A stretch of DNA of 46,186 nt from assembly GCA_018398765.1 (NCBI GenBank), contig JAHBMJ010000530.1:1-46186 (forward strand), given 5' to 3'. Under the pieces are notes generated by a model. That model had not been told where the DNA came from and did no database searches. It saw nothing but the letters and a program-made list of their open reading frames with translations. The translations under genes and the position numbers were made by a program. Below, piece after piece: positions 35,290 through 45,634 of this stretch; the stretch's first letter is position 1; every line of letters starts with the position of its first letter. This stretch comes from Chromera velia (Eukaryota).

Positions 35290-36422
35290 TGGTCTGTGAA
35301 AGTCCCCTGGGGGACCTCATGGAGCTCGAACTTAGTCCTTTTTTGCACCGTCACCCCTGCAGCTGCTGCCTGCTGCTGCTTCTGTTTCTTCAGCGGATAG
35401 CACTTGGTATAGTGCCCCGTCTGATTGCATCCAGGGACAGAGCACCTGACATTCTTGGCGGGGCAACCCTTTGCCTCGTCATAGTGCTTCAGGTGCCCGC
35501 AGTTGGGACAAAGGCGGGAGGACGAACTCGAGCCGCCCTGACTGGAAGCAGCAGCGGCACCTGCATTTCCGTCTCTGTCTCCTGAAGACTGAAACGATGT
35601 CTCCCTCTTCTTTCCTTTCTTCTCCTTCCCCCCTTTTCCTTTTTCAAACCTCCCACGCAAACCTGAGGCAGCTGCCCCATACTCATGATGGGGACGGGAA
35701 GAGGAGGAACGGGAACCCTGCCCCTCGATGGCGACTTTTACTGCAAGCAACTCTGTCGCCTCTACCTTCCTCTCAACGAAAGGAAGAATCTCGTCGTACG
35801 TCAGCGTGGCGATCTTCTTATCATGCTTTTCGGTGGCCTTCTCCAAGGCATCAGTGTACTCAAACTTGGTGAGTACATTCTCAAGGGCTCTCTTCTTCAG
35901 GTCGTCGGGCGCAGTATAACCTGCCTTGCCTCCATCTCGGAGGCACTTCTTCAGACGACCGACGGCAGACACAATATCCTCCTTCCCCAAATTCCTTCGG
36001 AGAGCAAGGAGCTTCTCTCGAGAGGACTTTGCACCGATCTCCTTCTTCTCGGTGGCTACGTCAGAGACGGCTTCCAAGAGATTGGCACACTCCTTCCCCT
36101 CTCCCACAGCAACAGAGACCTCATGAACGAGGTCAGGGTCCTTCCTCAGACCCCGGAGGAGGGAAAGCTTCCAAAGGGACACCTGGTCCGCCTTATCCGG
36201 AACGTGTTTGGCGGCCAGCATGTACTCGGCGGTCGCCTTGTGCGATTCCTTCCAGAGCCGAAACTCCTTCCGGAAGATGGCCTTGAGGTTCTCATCCTTA
36301 GACGACAGAACGGTCGCAAACGAGACCTTGCACTCGAAAGGATTGACCCAGTGCAGATCAGGCAACTTGATCGTCTGTATGCCTGGAGCACCGCCTGCAC
36401 TGCCAGCAGATGTATTCGCCAT
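35280..36422 (-). CDS. gag: Retrotransposon Gag (intact ORF, 380 aa) with two Cys/His zinc-knuckle-like motifs
   Basis: ATG ORF just downstream of the 5' LTR. It has a basic region followed by CPNCGHLKHYDEAKGC and CSVPGCNQTGHYTKC. Confidence 0.85.
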   Translation of the reverse strand: MANTSAGSAGGAPGIQTIKLPDLHWVNPFECKVSFATVLSSKDENLKAIFRKEFRLWKESHKATAEYMLAAKHVPDKADQVSLWKLSLLRGLRKDPDLVHEVSVAVGEGKECANLLEAVSDVATEKKEIGAKSSREKLLALRRNLGKEDIVSAVGRLKKCLRDGGKAGYTAPDDLKKRALENVLTKFEYTDALEKATEKHDKKIATLTYDEILPFVERKVEATELLAVKVAIEGQGSRSSSSRPHHEYGAAASGLRGRFEKGKGGKEKKGKKRETSFQSSGDRDGNAGAAAASSQGGSSSSSRLCPNCGHLKHYDEAKGCPAKNVRCSVPGCNQTGHYTKCYPLKKQKQQQAAAAGVTVQKRTKFELHEVPQGTFTDQDF

Positions 36423-36520
36423 GTTGGAAGGAACAGCGAAAAAACAGAAGAGGAATCAGGAGACAGATCAATGCAGATCAAGGGAAAGAATGAAGTGCCC
36501 ACGCCTGGGAACAGCAAATT

Positions 36521-36979
36521 TGTGACGGTAAACGTTACCTAGAACAGACTAGAACAGTCAGGTAACGAAAATTGGTAACGCTCAAACAGCTAAACGGGAA
36601 GTCTGACCTACCGGGTCGCAGTCCTCAGTCCAGATAGGAAAATCCATTCAGTAACAACAGAGAAATTCAAGGAGACGGCAATCTAGAATTCACTTAAACG
36701 AAGACCGCGCGTTCGATCCAATGCGCGGGACTTCGACGCTCCAAACGTGACACACAGACTGATCAGACTGCCATCTGAGGATGCTCGCTATCATGAACCA
36801 ATTGAGCAGACCGAGCCTTCGTACAGTCTTACTGTTCGATCAAGGAGTCAGACGTTAATGCACTCAAACATGCGATCACGCCGCTCGCAATACTTTTCAC
36901 TCGCGCGGATGGCTGGCGCGCTCGCAGAACGCTCGGCGCCCACCTGACGCACGCTTGGATGCATGCGTTTACTCTCACA
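36521..36979 (-). repeat. 5' LTR of the copia element
   Basis: 459-bp direct repeat of 30799..31257. Confidence 0.95.
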
Positions 36980-37256
36980 TTGAAACCGCGCGTGCGTCAA
37001 TATGCGTCAATACAATTGATATGTGTGACCGATATACGATGGTTCCGTCTCTGTGCCTGATCGTTCGATCGATTGATGACGTCATTGCCATAGCAGTGCA
37101 GATATCAGCAGCAAGGCAGACTAACTAAGAAAGTCTAGCTGTGTGTGTGTACTTTCAGAAGGCCCTGTGTCCGAAGAATACCTATTCTTCTTATGGCTCT
37201 AGAAAGCCGCCACTGATAGATATTTAGCAGTCTCTGATTAGATATCAGTCCTACAA

Positions 37257-37679
37257 GGTAGCAGGCTCGCTCACCTGTGGTATGGACCTTTCGAGGTGGA
37301 ACGGAAGATTGGAAAGGTTGCCTATGAGCTGGTATTTCTTGAGACAGTCAAAAGAAATCCTGTCCTTCATGTCTGCTGGTTGAAGAGGTATGAGCTCCCT
37401 AAAGGACAGAGAGGGCCTCCAAAGGTGCGTCTGCCCCATTTTGAGGAGGAAGAATGGGAAGTCGAGAAGATCCTCAAAAAGAGGACAATCGGTCGACAGA
37501 CAGACTACCTTGTACAATGAAGAGGGTGGTCTGAGGGAGACGCAACCTGGGAGCCCGCTGTGAATCTCTACGGTGTTCGTTTGGCAATCAAAGACTTCAA
37601 TGCAGCCTGGAAGGCAGCTCAGAAGAGAGGGGAGAAAGGGAAAAGGAAAAGGACTAGGAAAACGGAAAGGACAGGTTGA
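37257..37679 (+). pseudogene. Integrase C-terminal GPY/F domain + chromodomain remnant of a chromovirus
   Basis: RLAHLWYGPFEVERKIGKVAYELVF...NPVLHVCWLKRY, then WEVEKILKKRTIGRQTDYLVQ*RGWSEGDATWEPAVNL. TGA at 37518-37520 replaces the conserved Trp. Confidence 0.88.
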
Positions 37680-38339
37680 GCGCCTTTCTGGTCTTTGCGT
37701 GTGAAGTTGAGGAAACGGATTTTATGTGCTGATTGTTTGTGTACGTGCATTTCATTTTTTCCTTTGCTTGCGTGTGTTTCAGGTCTTGTTTTCTCCTGAG
37801 GAGTCGCGAGGGAGCGAGAGAGTAGGGGAAAGGATGAAAGACGAGGGAATGCATGATGAATATGCATGTTTTCTCTTTCTCTTCTGTTGTCTGCGTCTAC
37901 AACAACTTTCTTCTCTATTTCTTTCTCTCTCTAGTTCTCTCTAAGACTTCCTCGTCAACTGTTTGTCTATTATCTTGACAGTTTCCTCTTTATTCTTCTC
38001 TGCACTGTTAGTGATTGAATGACTGAATGAATGATTTCCTGGGGACGCCTGGGAACCCTGGGGACGCCTGGAGATTCGTTGATGCATTGTGTGCATTCAT
38101 GCATTACATCCATTGATGCTGCTTTGCATTCGATAAGAGAGCCACAAGGCTCTGTGTTTCGCTGTTGTCAGTCGTGGCATACTGACTCTGTGTAATGAGA
38201 AGCCAGATCGATATTCTTTTCGTCAGTCGATCAGTTAGACAGCTTTAACTCATTTTTTTTTCGATCATTGGAGAAATGCCCTGTGTGTGTCTTTCCTTTT
38301 GTAACGTGTGTGGGCACACGTTTAGGAGGGGTGGGCATA

Positions 38340-38693
38340 TGTGGGACTTACGTACGCCCTGTCGGCCCACCGGCAGGCGGCCTTGTGTCTGTTGTGTGTC
38401 TACGCGGGCCTGCTGGCGCCGTGTGTATTGAAACCGTGCGTGCGTCAATACAATTGATATGTGTGACCGATATACGATGGTTCCGTCTCTGTGCCTGATC
38501 GTTCGATCGATTGATGACGTCATTGCCATAGCAGTACAAACGTCAGTAGCAAGGCAGACTAACTAATAGAGTCTAGCTGTATGTGTGTACTCTCAGAAGT
38601 CCCTGTGTCCGAAGAATACCTATTCTTCTTATGGCTCTAGAAAGCCGTCACTAATAGATATTTAGCAGTCTCTGATTAGATATCAGTCCTACA
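38340..38693 (+). repeat. 3' LTR of the chromovirus element (uninterrupted copy, showing the empty copia target site)
   Basis: Matches 30706..30798 joined to 36985..37255, with a single TTGAA at the junction. Confidence 0.9.
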
Positions 38694-39217
38694 GTAAGTA
38701 CTGAAAAACGGAACCGACCCACAATTTCATTTTTTTTTTTTGTGCTTTCGGTAGTAATCAGAATCGGTACTTTCGTTACCAGCAAAAATTTCATAAAGTA
38801 AGGCCCTAGACTGCTGCTTCTAGTTGAGTTTGATGTCAAAAACTGACTGTTCTAGGGTCAAAACTTTAAAAAGGGAGCCATTGTTAAGAGCTACAGGAAG
38901 CCCTCGGAATAGACAAAGGGAAGTGACACTAGTCAGGCTCCAGTGAGGCTCCAAGATGATCTAAGTGTCTGAAGAGTCAGAGGTTAGGTTCCAGAAAATT
39001 CAATCTATAGCGCTAAGGTTGATCGCTTATCACTCAATTTCACGTCAATATTGAATGCAGATCTTCGCGTTTTCGCTCAAGTTTGGAAGTTAACTTCAGA
39101 AAGGCAATTCTGATGGTGTTGGACCTCCCGAGATGACCTATGACCTCGGAAATCCTCTCAGGGAAATCTGGATTTTGATTTTTCTTGCGTGATCCGATTT
39201 TACAGATGCGACAGTCC

Positions 39218-39510
39218 ATTCAGACCGGGCGATTATTCGACTTTAGAGCCGATTAATCGCCGCGCTTAAATTCGAATTCAGACCGTGCAGAATTCGACCA
39301 GATAAAATCGGGTATTATGAGTTTCGACCGAGTCGTATTCGGATACTTCGAATTCAGACCGTGCACTATTCGGTTTTTGGTCTGATGGTTATTCGAATTC
39401 AGACTGCACACTATTCGACGTCTCGATTTCTGACCGCGCTTCTTTTTATCTTCGATTTTAGACCAGGTCTTATCCAGCTCTTATCGATTTTAGACCGTGC
39501 TTTATTCGGA
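39218..39510. repeat. Array of ~7 degenerate copies of TTCGAWTTYAGACCGTGC separated by variable sequence
   Basis: Copies near 39219, 39271, 39347, 39391, 39423, 39451 and 39484. Confidence 0.65.
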
Positions 39511-39529
39511 TGCATGTATTTTGGAATTC

Positions 39530-39601
39530 TGCCGATGGTGGGACTCGAACTCGGGACCTCTTGGTCCGAGCCTCTCGTCCTGACCATTAGGCTACGGAGG
39601 C
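39530..39601 (-). pseudogene. tRNA-derived sequence (tRNA pseudogene or SINE head)
   Basis: The minus strand reads GCCTCCGTAGCCTAATGGTCAGGACGAGAGGCTCGGACCAAGAGGTCCCGAGTTCGAGTCCCACCATCGGCA. It has an A box (TAGCCTAATGG) and a B box (GTTCGAGTC) at tRNA spacing, but acceptor and anticodon stems pair poorly. Confidence 0.6.
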
Positions 39602-39880
39602 TAGGTCCTAACTTAGAGATCGTCTTTACCTAATTCTTGTCTTTTCTTATCTTTTTGCTTCTTTTTATTTTTATTTTCAATCGTTTAATCTTGTCTCCTT
39701 ATCCAAGTTAAAATGTTAAATTCGTTGCCTCTTTTCTATTATTCTCTATCATTTAAGATTCATTTTTCTTTCATTAAATACTTTTTTTTAACTCTATTTT
39801 CTTATGTCTAGACTAGCGCATAGCAACTCTGCGATAAGTTTATAAACAATGCAAAGTTGCATGTGTCACTTTTTGTTTAC

Positions 39881-41059
39881 TTAGATTGACACCTCCCAGA
39901 CAAGCTTAAAATCTTCTGCCTCATCATGGTGGTGAGAGACATAGGCATTGATTGCCTGTCTGAATGTTCTGCGGCGGTTCTCTTCAGCTACGGCCTGTTC
40001 TTCTGTTATGTCCTCCATGTGAAACACCTCTCTCCATTCCTCTACCTCTTCCCTCTCAGATTCTTCTTCTGCTGCATTTGCTGAAAAGGACATGCCATCA
40101 GGCAGACGCCCCACCTCCCTCTCCTTTCTGAATTGCTCTGCTTGATTCATATTTTCAGGGGGCGCAAAACGTGCCACTTCCCACTGAGAGAGGCGTGGCG
40201 CAGGCACTGATCACATGGCTCGCTCACCTGCCGTCATTAGATCGATAGAGGAGGGATTCCACACGTGCGCAAATCGCTGCACATGTTACACTGTGAGCAT
40301 GGTGGTTGGGAAGTACCGGAGCCAGTCTGTCAGCCCCCCCCTTCTGGACATCTCTGCAAAAAAAGCCCTCGGGCACATGCACCATAGTTCATGTCAACTT
40401 CGTGATGACAAGGTCGGTGCCTTCGGCACCGACCTTCGCCCCAGGCAACTCTCAACAACTGCCTGGGGCTTCGCCCCAGGCAGCTCTATATAAACTTAGG
40501 CAAAACCACCTGGGGTCGCCCCAGGCGGCCCTGGCGGGCCGCCTGCGGCGTGCCTGGGGTACCCCAGGCAGTTTTAGACAGCATGGGCCAAGCGCTGTCT
40601 AGACGGATATTCAATTTAGAAGACCGAAGGCCTCACTCCGTTGGGGAAAACACCCTTCTGTCCTGCCTGCCCTCCCCTACCCTGCTGGCCCTCTTTCTGC
40701 AGAGAACGGGAGGTTGCGACAAACCAGTCGTCCAACCATTCTTGTGCCTCCCTACCTCTCCTTTTGACAGCAAGCTTTCTTCTCATTGCTGCTTTCTCAC
40801 CTAGGCCCGAGTGCACCCCCGCATCAGAGAAGAATTCAGGAGCAAAAGGTCCCACCAACAGTTTAACAGACCTCCACCATTCTCCATAAAAGCTATCCTT
40901 GTAAACACGCAGCGGGAAGTGAAGAAAGCTCTCGCCTTCGATGTTTTTACTGGTCGATGCGGTAACTGGGCTCCGAGAAGCAATGAACAGTTGGAGACTA
41001 GCTTTTACACTTCCAATCTGATGCATCGCCTGTAAGCGAGAACAGAGCCAGCTCGCCAT
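39881..41059 (-). pseudogene. Degraded coding sequence of unknown identity (possibly TE-derived)
   Basis: Protein-like ORF fragments 41059..40616 and 40207..39881, with stop-interrupted coding-like sequence between them and a palindrome-rich insert at 40410-40570. Confidence 0.3.
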
Positions 41060-44000
41060 CGGTTGATCCTGACGTGTTTCTTGAAAACGCAGTGAATCAA
41101 AAAAGAGTTAAAGAGAAACAGAAAAGGGAGAAAGAATGGGGGACAGCCTAGGGCATAGCAGGTGCCTTCTCTTTACGCAGGAAGAGAGGAGAACGAAGCG
41201 TCAGACTAGGAATTGCTTGATTCTGCTGTATATACGCCGCCTGCATTTGACCGCGCAGCCTATCCCGTGAACAGAAATATGAGGAGAAGTAAAATTAAAA
41301 GCTTTAAACTACTTTAAACTCCTTTAAACTATATAATTGCATCATGAAAAGCAATTTGAAATTCAGTTCAGATAAAGCATTTTATTTTAAATTTCATTTT
41401 ACATGTTATTTCAATTTTTTTTATAGTAGATGGTTTAACTAGTGGTTTAAATTAAATTTGAAAGAGCCGAACAGATTTCGGTGGTTTGAAGACATTTTAG
41501 AACAGATCTCGGTGTCTTGAAGAGCCTTATCTAGAAAAGCAATGAAGCATCAAGGGAGTAGTTATAACATTTTTAGGCTACTGTAGGCTAGAGCTATATT
41601 GCATACTAGAAAGAATTAGCTTTCTATCATCAGAGCCCTGACAATATTGCATATTAAAAAGAATGAGCTTTCTATCGCCAAAGCCCTGGCATCAAAGGCA
41701 CCAGCCTGTCAAAGCCTGAAGTTTGATTGACCGACCTTAGAGTTACAGGAAGGCTTCTTGGGGGTAGTCTGATTCTATGAGGTTCCGCTACATACAGCTG
41801 TTTATTATGTATTCCGTCCGTATGGTTATATATCTATATGCATACCCAGTAGTACTACGGGTACACGGTAGGGAAATGTTTTCTGATTTAAGAGTCTCTG
41901 CTTTCTTTAGATGACTTATGTGAAGAATATATGTGTAAAAACTCGGATGGATGGGACAATGCATGGATGCATATGTGTGCAGAACCTGGAGTTCGGGTGG
42001 AAGGAAAGAAAGTCGGTGGTCGACATGCCGACATCCATGCAGATCGACTTCCGGGGGGGATTCACTCACTTCCAGGGGCCCCTCAGGCAGCAGCAGCAGC
42101 GATGCCATGCCTTCTCTGACGCCTGGAGATGGGGAAAGGGGGTCTGGGGGATGACGTTCTGATGACCGACGTGGCAGGAGGGGGAATGGGTGATCGACTC
42201 TCCTCATATGATTGATGTCTGGACTCTCTGTCCCTCCTCTGAACGATCGAGGTCGTTGTCAAGTGGCTAACCCGTTCTTGTCTCTTTGTTCTCTTGGTGA
42301 AGGAGTTTTAGACTTTATTTGCAGATGTCGCAAAGAGGGTGGACTTCTACACAGCTCTCGTCTCTCTGATTCAGCAATGCTTCTGAATTGATGAGGCTGT
42401 TTTCTCTCGATTCTGTACCGCGTGTAAGCTTATCGAGCTACTCCATGCAGGATCTCATAGCAGATACGCAGAGGTATCTGGAGGTTGCAATAAACCTTGC
42501 CGGTAAAGCCTAAGAGCTGGCCATGGAAATCGAGAAGAACATTCCTCCAATCCTTTACACGACCTCTTTAGGAGTGGATGCATCTTTTTCTTCTTCTTCC
42601 AGCTCTTTCTCTTCTTTTGGTGCTCCTGGGGTGGGCACCTTGGTCAATCTTGCAGAGCCAGTCAGTTTCTTTTTGTTGCTCTGCTTGGCTATAGCCGCTT
42701 TTCTGCCTATCTAGCATTCCTCCACAGTTCTTATCATTTTTTCTCTCTCTTTCTTTTTGTGAAGAAGAGCGACAAAAACGAAAAAAAAAAAGCCACCCAT
42801 GTCTGTTGTTTTTATAGTCTGTTTGTCGGGTTTTCTGTACCTGCCTGCTTGCCTGCTAACTGACAGATCCAAAGGAAAGAATCTTGTCTTTCTCGTGCGC
42901 TCTCCTTAAATGTGTACGTTTGAGGTTGCACGGGTTTTTCAGGCGCGTGTTCTCAATGTTGGCCTTCTTTCTTTCATTGTGTGTATGTAGATCCATCCAG
43001 CACTTTCATTTAGGTAGGTGTTTCTCTATATATGCCTGTCCTTTGGAGAACTAGCATAATAATGATGGATGTGTAGCTTTCAACTAATCTGCTTCGTTTT
43101 GTCTGCATCTTTTCTGTCTCGTTTCTTTTCTACAAACCTCTGCGTCTGACGTCTTTTGTGGACTGCCTTTTTAAGAAGTCCCTTCCTTTCTTTCCTGCGT
43201 TCTGTCGTCCTTTTTGATTTGTCATACTTTTTTTTTTCATAGATCCCGTCTTTTTTTCTGTTGTCTTCTTGACCAGGTAGGAAGGCTAGCCCTTGCTCCC
43301 GGCTCCTGGATGCGTGTCGAGCTTGTAAAGGTCAGAGTCAGACTTTAAGAGCGTTGCGACTACGAAAAAGAAAGCGTGTTGGCTGTTTCAATTATCGTTT
43401 CTGCTCTTAAGAAACGGCCCGCTTCAGTTTCAATGCGTATGTGAAGTGTCTTACCAATGGGCAAGCATGACCTCTCAAATCAGATCTTCCATTATATGAG
43501 CCGTTGTGGGGGTCTTGAAGTTCAACGCGAACTAGATTGATTACAAGTCAGCTTGGGGAGTTAGTAAGCTCCTTTTAACGGTTTTCCGGAACGAGTTGTC
43601 GGCAAATTCGTTCAGAACAGGGTGTGTTATGTGTCTAAAAAGTATATAGTACACTACAAGACCTGTTTGGGCGTTTGTGTGCGTCGGCTCGTCAGACAGA
43701 AGGAATTCTATACCTGGATTTGAGAAAGCAGAGCGGTGTTGAGTCTGTCGGCTGTGGTACCCTCGTAAAGGTTCCTCTCCCATGATTGGTTGACGTATGT
43801 CGGCCGTCTGGGTTAGTGTCTTAGCATTTAAGTCGCAGTCTTGCAAGTTTTGCGCGCGTACAATGTTCGTGAACTTGTTACCTTCCACTGCAGACTCGAC
43901 GCCTAGCTCGACGCCGTAGAAACTGTTGCAGCTATACATTGCTTTACATACGGATCATATACAAAGTCGCTTTGCGCACTTGAAGTTTCTCAGTTTTAGC

Positions 44001-44815
44001 TTACTTCTTTTTGGTTGCTTAACCATGTCATTTGGAGCTGGAGCCTCGTTGTTTCTCAACCCTTTCCGTTTCGCAATCTCTGTGTTTCAGTCTGACCCCT
44101 TGTCTACTGATTGCAGTGATGAGGAGCCTCCAGCAGCAATAATGCAGGCAGAGAGAAACGTCCAACAGAAGCCCGCAGCCTGCCCGCAGGAAGACGGTCA
44201 CATACCTTCTATTAGAGCTTCCCCTCGCTTAGTCACACTTTCAAGCTTTCGGACTTTAGGGGGCAGAGGGAGAAGGAGAGGAAGAAGAGGACTAGAATCA
44301 GGAAGAAGAAAGAATTGAGGGAAAGAAGGGGCAAACAAGGGGCAAGACAAAGTGAACGCAGAAGAAGTGGCACTCTTAGAAATTGCTGACGCCAACGGAT
44401 AAGGGAGACCTTCCAATTTCTACTTACTTTCTATCTAGGTTTTAATTTAGCTTAAAACATTGTTTAAAGTGAAATGGTACGTGTTTTATTAATTTAAATA
44501 CTAGTTTTGAGTTCTATATATGAATGAATGAATGAATGAATGACTATAGCCGTCAGAGCCTAGCTCCCTATATATTGTTTAAACTTGTTTTAGCAATTCG
44601 GAATAAACGCTCTAAAAGACTTTTATACAACAATTTTTTTATATATAGCATAACATTAAGCCGAGCATTAAGCAAAAAATTATTTCCAAATAATTCGGTT
44701 CTAATTAACAAAATTGGAATCAATTATAACCAATTGGGGGGTACAATTTAATTGTTTTAGTCACATTTTAGATCCTAAACGTATATACGTATATACACTA
44801 GTATGTGATCTAAGT

Positions 44816-45634
44816 TAAGGCTGGGAAAAGGTTCATTCAAAAAAGGTTCAAATCTGAAAAAGTGAACCTGTTGAATCTGTTTTGAACCTGTTGAACCTGT
44901 TAAACCTGTTTTGAACCTGTTTTGGAGGCCAGACGCGCGGCCACTGGCACAAGGCCGGCCAGGCCTGCGCCACCCGTGGCCCATATATAGGTGAAATAAA
45001 GAGCCGGAGCCGCGCGCACAGCAACTGTCCCCAGCCGGTTCAATCTATTGTGTTGGACAGACGTATGTTAGCATATGTCAGCATCATATGTCAGCATGAA
45101 AACTCATGCTGACGGTTGCTGGGGGCCATGGGGGGGAGCAAGGGGGGGGGCAAAAGGCCGGGCCGGGAGCAGCAGGTCAAAGAGGCGGCGGTACACGGAG
45201 AAGGAGGGGGGGAGCAGGGGCCGCGGAGCAACTGGTGAACAGATGAAAGAAAGAAAGAAATGTTGTAACGGTCTTATGTTGACTAAATTGTCATGATTGA
45301 TACGATCATATAAATGTAATTATGACATTTTCCAATTTTTTCAGGCTTTTTTGATTACTAATTTTCGACTATAAACAGTGAATAACTTGAGACTAGCACC
45401 TAATGTGAGCGTAAATATTGATTTAAACTATCTAAAAACACTACTAAGGCATAGATTCTATAATAAAACGTTCTAAAAATCATATGTAAAAAATATATTA
45501 AAGCCTAATTTAAAGGCATAAAATAACATGAAAAAATGAGGTTTCTATTAGTTAAAAGTGAACCTGTTTTTAAACCTGATTCAGGTTCATTACTTCGAAG
45601 TGAACCTTGAACCTTGAACCTTTTCCTAGCACTA
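44816..45634. mobile_element. Non-autonomous TIR DNA transposon (MITE/hAT-like remnant)
   Basis: Left end TAAGGCTGGGAAAAGGTTCA versus reverse complement of the right end TAGTGCTAGGAAAAGGTTCA (17/20). Multiple subterminal TGAACC(TGTT) motifs at both ends. No clean TSD. Confidence 0.6.

Larger units (their letters stand above)
30799..36979 (-). mobile_element. Full-length, mutated Ty1/copia LTR retrotransposon (6181 bp)
   Basis: Two 459-bp TG...CA LTRs (30799..31257, 36521..36979) differing at ~15 sites. TSD TTGAA at 30794-30798 and 36980-36984. Internal order is gag-PR-IN-RT-RNaseH. Short PPT (ACAGGGGG) on the minus strand next to the left LTR. Confidence 0.95.
30706..38693 (+). mobile_element. 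Internally deleted Ty3/gypsy chromovirus LTR element whose 5' LTR is interrupted by a copia insertion
   Basis: 5' LTR = 30706..30798 + 36985..37255; 3' LTR = 38340..38693 (354 bp; TGTRGGACT...AGTCCTACA). 5-bp TSD GTAAG at 30701-30705 and 38694-38698. Purine tract AGGAGGGGTGGG before the 3' LTR. The internal region keeps an integrase GPF motif and a chromodomain. Confidence 0.88.

Noticed and set aside
35685..36542. 285-aa antisense ORF over gag, and the 65-aa ORFs in both LTRs
   Set aside because: Shadow ORFs with no recognisable motifs or supporting start context.
37518..37520. TGA at a conserved Trp as evidence of an alternative genetic code or readthrough
   Set aside because: Host genes here use TGA as a true stop (SSB, ECH2, the 23743 gene), and the element is decayed; a simple TGG->TGA mutation explains it.
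39218..39510. CRISPR-like repeat-spacer appearance
   Set aside because: The repeats are short and degenerate, spacer lengths are irregular, there are no cas genes, and the context is eukaryotic.
39530..39601. Functional tRNA-Pro(CGG)
   Set aside because: Acceptor, anticodon and T stems do not pair properly; kept only as tRNA-derived.
41900..44320. Coding-like fragments on both strands
   Set aside because: Stop-riddled with no recognisable domain; no call can be supported.
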